A program made the translations under genes and the position numbers. Shown here one piece after another: positions 16,676-25,699 of a stretch of DNA of 37,974 bases (position 1 is its first letter; each line of letters opens with the position of its first letter). The DNA lies in NCBI GenBank assembly GCA_902795525.1, contig CADBLN010000184.1, positions 1 to 37,974 on the forward strand. The letters run 5' to 3'. This DNA comes from an uncultured Erysipelotrichaceae bacterium (lineage in GTDB: Bacteria; Bacillota_I; Bacilli_A; Erysipelotrichales; Erysipelotrichaceae). The notes beneath the pieces were generated by a model that saw only the letters and a list, made by a program, of their open reading frames with translations, was not told where the DNA came from and made no database searches.

Positions 16676-18523
16676 ATGAACACAAAAAAGCAATATAAGA
16701 AAATCAATCCAAATACAGATTTATGGAAACTTGCAACGTTCTTATATTTCAAAGGTAGTGCATATAAGCAAGATATGATTGCCTATGCCACCAAACTTTC
16801 TAACGGGGTGCAGCCAAACGCTTCAGGACTGTTGAAAGAACTGAAGAAAAGAGAGATAGTTTTTGAAAAACAAATTACCATTGGATACCGTTCCAAGAAA
16901 CGTACAACGACAGTGTACTTTCTGACAGAACAAGGCACCATATTTTTGAATAGTTACTTCAGTGATAAAACTGACATAAATACTTTCAAAAAAATAGTTG
17001 AACAGTTCAACACAAAAAAGCATGACACATTATTGTCGCTTTACAACCAAAATCATATCAAGACAATGTTTAACTGCGTTGGTATCCAAACCGATGTGAT
17101 GACAAAACCATCAATTAAGCAGTTATGGTGTTACCTCAATAACGTATCTTACATCCCTAATGAAAGTTATGAATATCCAACACTATCGAATGATCGGATG
17201 CAACAAATGCTTCATACAGGCATCTACTATGACAAAGAAGAGTTCAGAGAACTCTACACAAGTGAACTTAAAAAAGGGGAAGTGCTGCGTTCAATCTTTA
17301 GAGGAATTTACATCTCAGATACACAATGCTTTGTAATTTACTCAAATGGTAAAGGAAATGGCAATATGATTTATCTGCCATCCGAAACCGAGGAACATTT
17401 ATTAACCACAACTTTAATTCAAAATAAGTTCGCAAGCATTAATAACATCTCAGCCCTCACAATGAGCGACACTAACTACTTCATCTATGGAACACTTACT
17501 GGTCGCAGATACGGCATCAATAAATCAAACTTAGATGAAGACATCTTACAGGCCAAACGCAACATAGAAAAAGAAGAGTTGCTTGAGAAATGTAAGAAGA
17601 ACAATTGGGACGTAGAAGAAAGGCTTGCCAAGTTGCATGACAAATGGGAGAAGTCAGACACCTGGCAAAAAAGAAAAAAGACAGGCAAAAATATAATCTT
17701 TGGGATAGACGCTCAAATCAATAACATAGACATAGATGGTAATTATAAAAACCTCTACTGTATTACTTTTAACAAAACAGGAATCAGAAGTCTTCAATAC
17801 CTTGTATCTAACAACGCAGACGCACATTACAATAACATAACCAACATTGCGTCCCGTGCAGGGAACATTGAAATTAACCAACAGGGTGATAGCTTCTATC
17901 CTCTAAATTACTTTGATAGGTCCATGTGGATTCCGTGTATATATCTGCCATATTTTGAACTACATACACTAGAAAGAATAAAAGAAGATGACTTCACACC
18001 AGTAATTATCACTAATCCAGAAATGACAACAATCATCCAACATTGTACTCGTAAACATCATATCTTCATTGACGAAAACAAATTGGAAAAGCAAAGTCAA
18101 AAGGAAGCATTGATAATAGATAAAAATGGTTATAACAAAGGCAAGAAAATCATAGATAAATATTTAAAACTTCAATCGCTAACCATAAGCGAACAACAAT
18201 ACAGGCAGTTACCAAGCAAATTTGAAATGAAATATAACGAATTCTACAATGCAGTCGCAACTGGCGAAATTAAACCAGAACAAATAACGCCATTGTTGGA
18301 AACAAGTGAATATGATTTAAGAAACTACGGTAAACGCAGAAGTTCAAAAAAGAACAAAACAATTGCGGTAAACTCTAAAATCTATTCAGCATTGAAACAT
18401 TATGCAGATAAAAACGACACTACTATATTAGAAGCTGCCAGCAATCTGCTGAACGATCTATTGGATTCTAATAAGGCAACTGACACTGCACAAGCAATTT
18501 ACAATTATAAGGAGGAATTCTAA
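16676..18523 (+). CDS. 615-aa protein with N-terminal winged-helix-like and C-terminal ribbon-helix-helix-like regions (candidate DNA-processing/atypical relaxase protein)
   Basis: Strong SD AAAGGAG. N-terminus LKELKKREIVFEKQITIGYRSKKRTTTVYFLTEQG resembles MarR/replication-relaxation-type wHTH. C-terminus KTIAVNSKIYSALKHYADKNDTTILEAASNLLNDLL is RHH-like. No HUH motif seen. Confidence 0.35.
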   Translation: MNTKKQYKKINPNTDLWKLATFLYFKGSAYKQDMIAYATKLSNGVQPNASGLLKELKKREIVFEKQITIGYRSKKRTTTVYFLTEQGTIFLNSYFSDKTDINTFKKIVEQFNTKKHDTLLSLYNQNHIKTMFNCVGIQTDVMTKPSIKQLWCYLNNVSYIPNESYEYPTLSNDRMQQMLHTGIYYDKEEFRELYTSELKKGEVLRSIFRGIYISDTQCFVIYSNGKGNGNMIYLPSETEEHLLTTTLIQNKFASINNISALTMSDTNYFIYGTLTGRRYGINKSNLDEDILQAKRNIEKEELLEKCKKNNWDVEERLAKLHDKWEKSDTWQKRKKTGKNIIFGIDAQINNIDIDGNYKNLYCITFNKTGIRSLQYLVSNNADAHYNNITNIASRAGNIEINQQGDSFYPLNYFDRSMWIPCIYLPYFELHTLERIKEDDFTPVIITNPEMTTIIQHCTRKHHIFIDENKLEKQSQKEALIIDKNGYNKGKKIIDKYLKLQSLTISEQQYRQLPSKFEMKYNEFYNAVATGEIKPEQITPLLETSEYDLRNYGKRRSSKKNKTIAVNSKIYSALKHYADKNDTTILEAASNLLNDLLDSNKATDTAQAIYNYKEEF

Positions 18524-18524
18524 G

Positions 18525-19559
18525 ATGCCACGAAAACTTATAGCAGGAGAAACCATCATTGGACAAACTAATATCACAGATGAAAATGGTGTGCTATGTA
18601 AACATGAAGGGGGTTATGACTTCGACATAGTATATGGTAATGTCCTTGTACCTTTTATTAATGGACAAGTAATGCACCTGCCACCTGATTTCTACCAAAC
18701 AAAACTGTATGACTTCTTAAACAGTGAAGAGGGCCAAGAATATGAAATGCCTGATGAAGAAGAAATTACAAACGCTTCACTGGAAATGTTAAGAAGAGAA
18801 CAAGCTTTTAAAGCTGATTTACGCAGAAGTCCAGATCCTGCTCAGGATACAAAAGACGAGAAACTTACAGAGACAGTGCAAGATACTCACGAAGAACCAC
18901 TCCTGTCCAAAAAAGTGGAAAATAAATTTCCAGAAAAATCAAAAGATTCCGCTCCATCAAAGGAAATTACAACACAGTTGCAAGATACCAACAATCATGT
19001 AACTACCCAAGAAAATAAAAAAGAGCTGTTAGATGAAAAACCAAAAGAAAATAAACCTGAAGCTAAACAGGAGAAACCAAAGGAATTAAAAAAAGATGAT
19101 TCATCTAGTGAAGGCAAGAAAGTTGCAGAAACATTGCAAGATACACCTCCTCAAATACAGGCAGCAAGTGTTCCAACAGCTTTCACTTCAGATCAGGTTT
19201 ATAAGTTTATTCAGGCAGATAGATTGAATGAGCAAATCAATGAATTGAATATTGATAATAATGAATTAAAAGTTCAAATTCATAAAGGCAAAATCTCTCG
19301 TAGAATAATAACCTTCATCCTACTGCTATCACTGGCAGTTAATGGATTTGTTATATACAGATATTTACAAACATACTCTCAAGGTGTTAATTACGCAGAA
19401 ATGAATATCAACGGCATTAAATATCAAGTCCCAGTAGCTAATGTAGAAGTAGCTGAAGGACAAAAGAAAATTATGATATACGGCTTCACCGTAACAAATG
19501 AAAATGGCACAGTTAAAAATGTCGCAATTCCATTAGGTGAATTCGATTTAGACAACTAG
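18525..19559 (+). CDS. membrane-anchored protein with a low-complexity K/E/P/T-rich cytoplasmic region
   Basis: Single TM RRIITFILLLSLAVNGFVIYRYL near residue 270, followed by a short beta-rich C-terminal domain. SD is AAGGAGG. Confidence 0.5.
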   Translation: MPRKLIAGETIIGQTNITDENGVLCKHEGGYDFDIVYGNVLVPFINGQVMHLPPDFYQTKLYDFLNSEEGQEYEMPDEEEITNASLEMLRREQAFKADLRRSPDPAQDTKDEKLTETVQDTHEEPLLSKKVENKFPEKSKDSAPSKEITTQLQDTNNHVTTQENKKELLDEKPKENKPEAKQEKPKELKKDDSSSEGKKVAETLQDTPPQIQAASVPTAFTSDQVYKFIQADRLNEQINELNIDNNELKVQIHKGKISRRIITFILLLSLAVNGFVIYRYLQTYSQGVNYAEMNINGIKYQVPVANVEVAEGQKKIMIYGFTVTNENGTVKNVAIPLGEFDLDN

Positions 19560-19588
19560 TTCTTTGAAATAAGAGAAAACCGTAAAAC

Positions 19589-19617
19589 TTGAAACAAATA
19601 CACCAATGTCCTATAAT
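19589..19617 (+). promoter_or_regulatory. promoter TTGAAA-17-TATAAT
   Basis: -35 at 19589-19594, 17-nt spacer, consensus -10 at 19612-19617. Confidence 0.65.
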
Positions 19618-19671
19618 GGACTTGTCGCAAGGGAAATTGCAACATTTCCTTTCTGACTTTTGTACTTAGGA

Positions 19672-19704
19672 AAAAGGTGTGTTTGTGAAAAAACCACCTT
19701 TTTT
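19672..19704 (+). terminator. intrinsic terminator in the leader upstream of the 19749 gene
   Basis: AAAAGGTG (19672-19679) pairs with CACCTTTT (19695-19702); the T-run extends to 19704. Confidence 0.45.
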
Positions 19705-19748
19705 CTTATATAAGAGTAAGAATATTAAGGTAGAATAAGGGAGGATTA

Positions 19749-20438
19749 ATGAAAGTTAAATTATTATTAACCATTTCGTTACTGTTAGTATTCACCTTTG
19801 GATGTCAGAATAAGGAAGTTGAAATTAAATACAAATCACCTAGAATATTTTGTACCGATATCGAATACTATTCTAACGAAAATCCAAACATTATGAACTA
19901 CTGCACACTGGAACCTGCCAACGCCGTACTGATTTTGGACGGTAAGCTTACAACAGATGTTGGCGAACACACAGTTGGATACACAATCTCTGATGGAGAG
20001 CATAACAACTTTACAGTAGGAACGCTTTCTTACAAGGTAATTAAATACATACCACCTTGTCCAGAAAATGCAACCTACAATGAAGAAACTGAAAAGTGCG
20101 AATGTAACAGTGGTTATGTAAGTATCCATAACGTATGCGAACTTAAAGTTACATGCGGTGCGGGGTATCAATATAACGCTTCCACAAATACGTGTGATTT
20201 AATTCCTAAATCTAACACAGGAACATCCACAAATAATGGAGGCAACACAGGAAACACAAATACAGGAGGCAATAGTAACAAATCTCACGGAACAAAGGAT
20301 TTTATGTTCACAGATGGTTACAACATTGATTCTGCATATAACGCCTGTGTATTGCAAGGCTCTCAATATGGCAGCTATTCTTGCACACCTTTGCGAGATA
20401 GTGAAGGCTTCTATATTGGGTATAGATTGCAATGGTAA
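19749..20438 (+). CDS. secreted/lipoprotein-like Cys-rich protein with an N/G/T-rich linker
   Basis: Signal peptide MKVKLLLTISLLLVFTFGC. EGF-like Cys spacing CPENATYNEETEKCECNSGYVSIHNVCELKVTCGAGYQYNASTNTC. SD is GGGAGG. Confidence 0.6.
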   Translation: MKVKLLLTISLLLVFTFGCQNKEVEIKYKSPRIFCTDIEYYSNENPNIMNYCTLEPANAVLILDGKLTTDVGEHTVGYTISDGEHNNFTVGTLSYKVIKYIPPCPENATYNEETEKCECNSGYVSIHNVCELKVTCGAGYQYNASTNTCDLIPKSNTGTSTNNGGNTGNTNTGGNSNKSHGTKDFMFTDGYNIDSAYNACVLQGSQYGSYSCTPLRDSEGFYIGYRLQW

Positions 20439-20460
20439 ATGGTCAGAGAGGAGAAAAGAA

Positions 20461-23394
20461 ATGACGAAAAAACTAATGAAGCTTGTGTTGGCATTGTTAC
20501 TTGCAATGAGTCTTATTCCAACACAACTTGCAAACATCTACACTGTTTCTGCTGATGAAGGCAGTTCAATGACTTTCACAGTAGAAACAGAAGCATTGGA
20601 TCCAGTGTGTGCAATTGCTGGAACCGATTACTACAGTATTGAAGGTGGCGAATTTACCGTTTTCAATAGCAAAAATGTAGAAATAGCTAAATTCTATATC
20701 GATGCGGATGGTAAAGGCCACGCCAACTCACCGACTGGCAGTGTGACTTTAGGTAATTTGCCTAACGATACATATACAGTTAAACAAACTAAATCATTTA
20801 ACGGTTATGAAAATATAGCTGACCAAAAAGTGACATTAGAAACTGTTGGTGCATTACCTTCATCAACAATGAGAATTAACACTGTATCTGATTTGTATGG
20901 ATATGCTAATACAAGTGGTCCAGGTCAGGCGGCAAGTGTATTCTGGAAATCAGACACTTTTGACAATTTTGTTTGCGGAAATCCAGGAAATCCTGCTCCT
21001 GCTGCAATAGCAACTGACAAAGGTACTGGATGGCATACATTAAATGGTGCTAACTATACTTTAGTTACTAACCAATTAATTAGAAAAGTCATGTACTATG
21101 GTTATCATGGCCCGAAACAATGGAGTGGTTTTGCGAACTTAACCAAGAATGTATGGTCAGGTTCAATATATGACGCTAATACTTATGCTAACCCTGGTGT
21201 ATCATCAGCTGATGTTAACGCATATTACTTAACTCACCACGCATTAGGCCAAGCTACAGGCAGACAATCTGGAAATTTCTCTGGTAGAGATACTTATGGT
21301 TATGCTGGTTTCTGGAGTTATGTTAATTCAGCAGCAAATGCACCTGATTCATTTAAGGTTTACAAAATCAGTTATAGCGGTAACGTACAAGATATGTATG
21401 CTTCAATTGATGTGCCTCAAGTTCCACAACATAAGGACTTAGTAGTAAAAACTAAAGCAGCATTTGACCCTATTTCTGTTGTGCTAACAAAGAGAAACAA
21501 GATTGATGAGAAGATTGCTGGTGCTCAGTTCACCATGAAGTATTACAACCAAGATGTTGCTAGTGTAGAAGATGCAGCTACATTAACTCCAACAGCTACT
21601 TGGGTGTTCGAAACAGATAGCGACGGATGGATGCTATACGATCCAACTTATAAAATCAGTGGAGACGAATTATTCTATAGCACAGCACAAGATGCGTACA
21701 TCTTATTACCAGGAACTTACACAGTAGAAGAAACTTTAGTACCTACAAATTATGTAAAAGCTGATACATTTATGATTAAAGTATCTAATGACCCAAATGT
21801 TGAACCTGTTTATTACAATGAAACAGGAACACGGTCAATCCCCCAAGATGCAACTGAAGGGTATATGTTAGAAGAACTATACGAAGGTCATTTAAGACTT
21901 AGAAAAACAACTGCTGATGCAACTTGGAACGCAGAACATCCTTTAGCTGGAACAGTTTATGAACTTTATGAAGATCAAGAATGCACTAAACGTGCAAAAG
22001 CAATTGATAGTACAGATGTAACTTTCACTATCGGAGCTGACGATTTATCTAATTCAGTCAAGTTAATCCCAGGTGATTACTGGTTGAAAGAAACAGTAGC
22101 TGCCAAAGGATATGAACTAGCAACTTCACCAATTAAGGTTACAGTTACTGATGGTAAAGTGTTAGAACAACAACAATTAGATGTTCAGACATTTGAAACA
22201 TCTGATGAACCAGCTTATCCAACTTTGAAGACAAAAGCTTTGGATAAAGAAGATGGCGATAACATTATCTTAAATGCACCAAATCAAACTGTAGTTGATA
22301 CAATTACATTCACTAACTTAGAGCCTAACGTACAACACACAGGTAAGATTACCGCACGCAATCAAGCAACAGGTGAAGAGTTATTAGATGCTCAAGGAAA
22401 TGTAATTTCAAAGGAATTCACATTCACACCAAATGATAAAAATGGTGAAACAACAGTAGAGATTACTTTTGACGGTTCATTATTCCCAAATAGTAAGATT
22501 AACTTCAAAGAAGAAATCTTCCTAAATGGTAAATCTGTAATTACAGAAGATGATTTATCAAATACAGATCAGACAGTTACTGTGTTAGATATGCAGACTA
22601 CAGCTAGTATTGTTGCTATCGGTGAAAAGACAGACAACACTTTTGAAATTACTGACATTGTTGAATATAAAGGATTAACTCCTAATAAAGAATACACTTT
22701 AGAAGGTAAATTGATGGGTGTTGACGAGAATGGAAACGAAACTCCATTACTTGACGCTCAAGGACAACCAATAGTTATCACAAAAACACTTACTCCTACT
22801 GCTGCAGATGGCCAAACAACCATGACTTTCGTAATTGAAGGATACAAAGTAGAGAATAAGAAATGCGTTGTATTTGAAACACTATATGACGGTTCTAATA
22901 AAGTCGCAATTCACGCAGATATTAACGACAATAACCAAACAGTAGAAATCCCTGGATTAAACTTCTGGGTATCTGTTGTAAAACGTGATGCCATGGATCA
23001 CACTAAGCTATTGAAAAATTGTGAAATAACAATATTCAATCAAGATGGAACAATCGCAAAAGATGTTAATGGTAATGACGCAGTAGGCATCACTGATGGT
23101 GAAGGAAACATTGTATTTGAAATGTTCTGGGCTGAAAATGGCTATTACGCAGTTGAAACTAAAGCTCCATTAGGTTATCGAATTAACTCTAATAAGCACC
23201 AGGTTGAGCTTCACGACACTTACGACTATGCACAAGACAATCCTATTGTCATTTACGTCAATGACGAGGCTGCTCCTGCAGTTAAGACTGGTGATAATTC
23301 ACAACTATTGATGTACTTATCATTACTAGCTATGGCTAATATCGGTTTTATTGCCGTAGTGGTATTTGAAAAAAAGAGATTAAATTATAACTAA
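20461..23394 (+). CDS. cell-wall-anchored adhesin: putative thioester domain, SpaA/Cna-B-type domains, repeated ester-bond-type (VaFE-like) domains and a C-terminal sorting signal
   Basis: GAGAGGAG SD then ATG at 20461 with signal peptide MTKKLMKLVLALLLAMSLIP. FVCGNPGNPAP...NVQDMYA is a candidate Cys/Gln thioester pair. GTYTVEETLVPTNYV and IPGDYWLKETVAAKGYEL are Cna-B/SpaA signatures. C-terminus is AVKTGD plus a hydrophobic helix plus KKR. Confidence 0.7.
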   Translation: MTKKLMKLVLALLLAMSLIPTQLANIYTVSADEGSSMTFTVETEALDPVCAIAGTDYYSIEGGEFTVFNSKNVEIAKFYIDADGKGHANSPTGSVTLGNLPNDTYTVKQTKSFNGYENIADQKVTLETVGALPSSTMRINTVSDLYGYANTSGPGQAASVFWKSDTFDNFVCGNPGNPAPAAIATDKGTGWHTLNGANYTLVTNQLIRKVMYYGYHGPKQWSGFANLTKNVWSGSIYDANTYANPGVSSADVNAYYLTHHALGQATGRQSGNFSGRDTYGYAGFWSYVNSAANAPDSFKVYKISYSGNVQDMYASIDVPQVPQHKDLVVKTKAAFDPISVVLTKRNKIDEKIAGAQFTMKYYNQDVASVEDAATLTPTATWVFETDSDGWMLYDPTYKISGDELFYSTAQDAYILLPGTYTVEETLVPTNYVKADTFMIKVSNDPNVEPVYYNETGTRSIPQDATEGYMLEELYEGHLRLRKTTADATWNAEHPLAGTVYELYEDQECTKRAKAIDSTDVTFTIGADDLSNSVKLIPGDYWLKETVAAKGYELATSPIKVTVTDGKVLEQQQLDVQTFETSDEPAYPTLKTKALDKEDGDNIILNAPNQTVVDTITFTNLEPNVQHTGKITARNQATGEELLDAQGNVISKEFTFTPNDKNGETTVEITFDGSLFPNSKINFKEEIFLNGKSVITEDDLSNTDQTVTVLDMQTTASIVAIGEKTDNTFEITDIVEYKGLTPNKEYTLEGKLMGVDENGNETPLLDAQGQPIVITKTLTPTAADGQTTMTFVIEGYKVENKKCVVFETLYDGSNKVAIHADINDNNQTVEIPGLNFWVSVVKRDAMDHTKLLKNCEITIFNQDGTIAKDVNGNDAVGITDGEGNIVFEMFWAENGYYAVETKAPLGYRINSNKHQVELHDTYDYAQDNPIVIYVNDEAAPAVKTGDNSQLLMYLSLLAMANIGFIAVVVFEKKRLNYN

Positions 23395-23492
23395 AAATAA
23401 TGGTTCAGGAGTCTGAAATATGGCTCCTCTTTCCATTTTCAACACGTATCTTACACCCAGAGTGTAAGTTCGTAAATTTCTTCGTTTTTCGC

Positions 23493-23520
23493 TTGATTCA
23501 CCTTTTTTCTCTTGTATAAT
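23493..23520 (+). promoter_or_regulatory. promoter TTGATT-16-TATAAT
   Basis: -35 at 23493-23498, 16-nt spacer, -10 at 23515-23520. Confidence 0.5.
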
Positions 23521-23566
23521 GTGTTTGTAGATGTATTGTACATCTCTCTAAATTTCATGTACAAGG

Positions 23567-23595
23567 GAAAGGCGGGATTACTATCGCCTTTTTCC
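23567..23595 (+). terminator. intrinsic terminator ending a leader or sRNA of about 70 nt
   Basis: AAGGCG (23569-23574) pairs with CGCCTT (23585-23590), followed by TTT. It is preceded by hairpin AGATGTA-ttg-TACATCT (23529-23545). Confidence 0.5.
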
Positions 23596-23616
23596 TTATT
23601 TTAGGAGGTATATCTT

Positions 23617-23727
23617 ATGAAACTTGTTGGGAAAACGTATTATGTAGTAAAGAGAATTGCTCGCTATGTTTGTGTTTCTCTAATTTATCGAACAGTTCGG
23701 AAAGTCGTAAATTTGATATTTAATTAA
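23617..23727 (+). CDS. possible 36-aa basic peptide
   Basis: AGGAGG SD 7 nt before the ATG. Sequence MKLVGKTYYVVKRIARYVCVSLIYRTVRKVVNLIFN. Below track cutoff and unsupported otherwise. Confidence 0.25.
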   Translation: MKLVGKTYYVVKRIARYVCVSLIYRTVRKVVNLIFN

Positions 23728-23774
23728 AAAGCTGAAAAAAATAAAGCTAAATTTAATATATGGAGGTTAAGTAC

Positions 23775-24953
23775 ATGTCAAAAAAGAAAAAAGTTGCGAA
23801 AAATATGAAAGATTCGTCTTTCAACCTTGATCCAGTAGTGGATGAGAATGTTAGCGTAAATGAGGATGTTTCACCTATGGTGGATGATGCTGTTGAAGAT
23901 GCAGTAAAGGAATCGGTTGAACTATCTGAAGAGCCTAAAAAGAAGAAAAAATACATATTATGGCTACTTTTAGCTGTGTTAATTTGTATTGGTGGATTCT
24001 TTGGATACAAGTATTGGCTAGCTAATAGACCAATTCAACCAACTACCACACTAAAAGAAAAAGAAATAACTATCACAGCAGGCGATACATATAATCCTGA
24101 ATCTAATATCAAAGTAGGTGAGGGGGATACTTACCAGATTACTACAGATTTGAATACTACTAAAGCAGGTGAATATAAGGTTACTATCCAAGTCTTCTCT
24201 CCAACAGGGGTATCTAAAGAACTTACATATAAGGTGCTAGTTAACGTGCCTAAATCTTCTTCAGGATGTGAATTGGTATATGTCAAAGATAAAGACGCAT
24301 GGGAAGAACAAGTTTGGAAAATTGATAAGCCAGGTCAACCAGCACAGTATAAACAAGAATGGGTGGTAGATGTTCCAGGACATTATGAAAAGAAAAAAGT
24401 AATTGATGTACCCTATCAAAAGGAACAAGGACACTACGAAACAATTATAATTACACCCGCTGTTGAAGAAGTTGGCCATTGGGAAACCATACACCACCCC
24501 GCTCAAACACACCAAGTCGAAATAAGAGAAGATGTATTGTATGTAGTATTTTGCACCCCTGGAGATGCAGAGACAATCACTGTTAAAAGAAGCTTGATAG
24601 GAAATTTGGCAGAATATTGCAAACAACTATTTTTACAACAAGGTTGGGATTGTGCCAGATGGTACACAAAGTGGGTGAACGAAGTTGTAGGATATGAAAC
24701 CGTAGTAGATCAAGAAGCGTGGGATGAACAAAAATGGGTGGTAGATGTGGCTGGAAAACCAGCAGTTACAGAACAAAAATATGTAAAAGATAAAGATGAA
24801 GTTCAGGAGGTATCTCACTACGAAGACGTGTGGGTTGAGGATAAAGGCCATTACGAACAAAAGTTGGTTAAAGAGGCAATACCAGAACAGGGACATTACG
24901 AAACCGTAACTCACCCTGAGGTTGGTCATTACGAAGAAAGAAAAGGTTGTTAG
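23775..24953 (+). CDS. membrane-anchored extracellular protein with an Ig-like domain and GH(Y/W)E repeats
   Basis: GGAGG SD 8 nt before the ATG at 23775. TM helix YILWLLLAVLICIGGFFGY. Ig-like ITITAGDTYNPE...KAGEYKVTIQV. Repeated GHYE/GHWE/SHYE motifs. Confidence 0.55.
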   Translation: MSKKKKVAKNMKDSSFNLDPVVDENVSVNEDVSPMVDDAVEDAVKESVELSEEPKKKKKYILWLLLAVLICIGGFFGYKYWLANRPIQPTTTLKEKEITITAGDTYNPESNIKVGEGDTYQITTDLNTTKAGEYKVTIQVFSPTGVSKELTYKVLVNVPKSSSGCELVYVKDKDAWEEQVWKIDKPGQPAQYKQEWVVDVPGHYEKKKVIDVPYQKEQGHYETIIITPAVEEVGHWETIHHPAQTHQVEIREDVLYVVFCTPGDAETITVKRSLIGNLAEYCKQLFLQQGWDCARWYTKWVNEVVGYETVVDQEAWDEQKWVVDVAGKPAVTEQKYVKDKDEVQEVSHYEDVWVEDKGHYEQKLVKEAIPEQGHYETVTHPEVGHYEERKGC

Positions 24954-24967
24954 AAAGGAGTAATATT

Positions 24968-25315
24968 ATGGGATTTTGGGAAATTGATGCGTTAGCAAAA
25001 ATAAGAGACGAAATAAGAGAATTAAGAGGTATAAAAGGACCAGAAACACCAGAAGAAATGGTGGAGTCTTACAAATATACTTTTAAAAGTCTAATAGCAA
25101 AATTTGTAGTCTTTGGGATCACTTTTATAGGAGGTATATACCTCATGTATGGAGTTTTCACAATAGGGATGAAAATCATAATAAGACCATTATATAAACT
25201 ATTTAATGTCGATTTATCATTGCTGCTTGCCATTTTTGCAATTTATGCGTTTGTAAAGCTTGCATTCTTTCTATATAAAAGAATGCCACAATGGTTATTT
25301 GACTTGATAAAATAA
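24968..25315 (+). CDS. small polytopic membrane protein
   Basis: AAAGGAG SD before the ATG at 24968. Hydrophobic helices FVVFGITFIGGIYLMYGVFTIGM and LLLAIFAIYAFVKLAFFLY. Confidence 0.5.
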   Translation: MGFWEIDALAKIRDEIRELRGIKGPETPEEMVESYKYTFKSLIAKFVVFGITFIGGIYLMYGVFTIGMKIIIRPLYKLFNVDLSLLLAIFAIYAFVKLAFFLYKRMPQWLFDLIK

Positions 25316-25318
25316 AGG

Positions 25319-25348
25319 TTGAAGGCATAGCATATGATGATATATAAT
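25319..25348 (+). promoter_or_regulatory. internal promoter TTGAAG-18-TATAAT
   Basis: -35 at 25319-25324, 18-nt spacer, -10 at 25343-25348, just upstream of the 103-aa gene. Confidence 0.5.
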
Positions 25349-25376
25349 ATGAATATAAATAAAAAGGAGAAAAGAT

Positions 25377-25688
25377 ATGTTATTTAATTCAAAAATTTTA
25401 CTAGCACTCCTACCAAATGTATTGAAAACTACAGGAACCACAGACATTGGCAAAGCAGTTGGTGACATTTGGGGATCAGTTTACACTGTCATTAAGGAGG
25501 TAGGTGGCACACTTGCAGTAGCCACTCTAGCAGTCTCAGGACTCTATTATTTCGTAATTGGGCAAGATAGAGAGTCATTAGACAAAGCAAAGAGATTCAT
25601 CAAAGGATCTATCATAGGTATCATTATTATTTATCTAGCACCTCTTGTTATCAAAGCAGTAATCGAAATTGTATCAAGATTTGGCTAA
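25377..25688 (+). CDS. small membrane protein with VirB2/TrbC-like topology
   Basis: Signal-like N-terminus, then two hydrophobic helices (GGTLAVATLAVSGLYYFVIG and SIIGIIIIYLAPLVIKAVI) separated by a charged loop. SD is AAAGGAG. Confidence 0.4.
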   Translation: MLFNSKILLALLPNVLKTTGTTDIGKAVGDIWGSVYTVIKEVGGTLAVATLAVSGLYYFVIGQDRESLDKAKRFIKGSIIGIIIIYLAPLVIKAVIEIVSRFG

Positions 25689-25699
25689 AAGATAATTTA

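Noticed and set aside
20236-20460. N-terminal extension of the adhesin ORF (track start at 20236)
   Set aside because: The extension overlaps the 19749-20438 gene in another frame and has no signal peptide. The ATG at 20461 has a GAGAGGAG SD and a classic signal peptide.
23401-23480. Terminator for the adhesin gene (AGGAG...CTCCT at 23407-23428; CTTACA...TGTAAG at 23450-23468)
   Set aside because: The stems are short (5-6 bp) with long loops and weak T-tracts. This is too uncertain to list as a feature.
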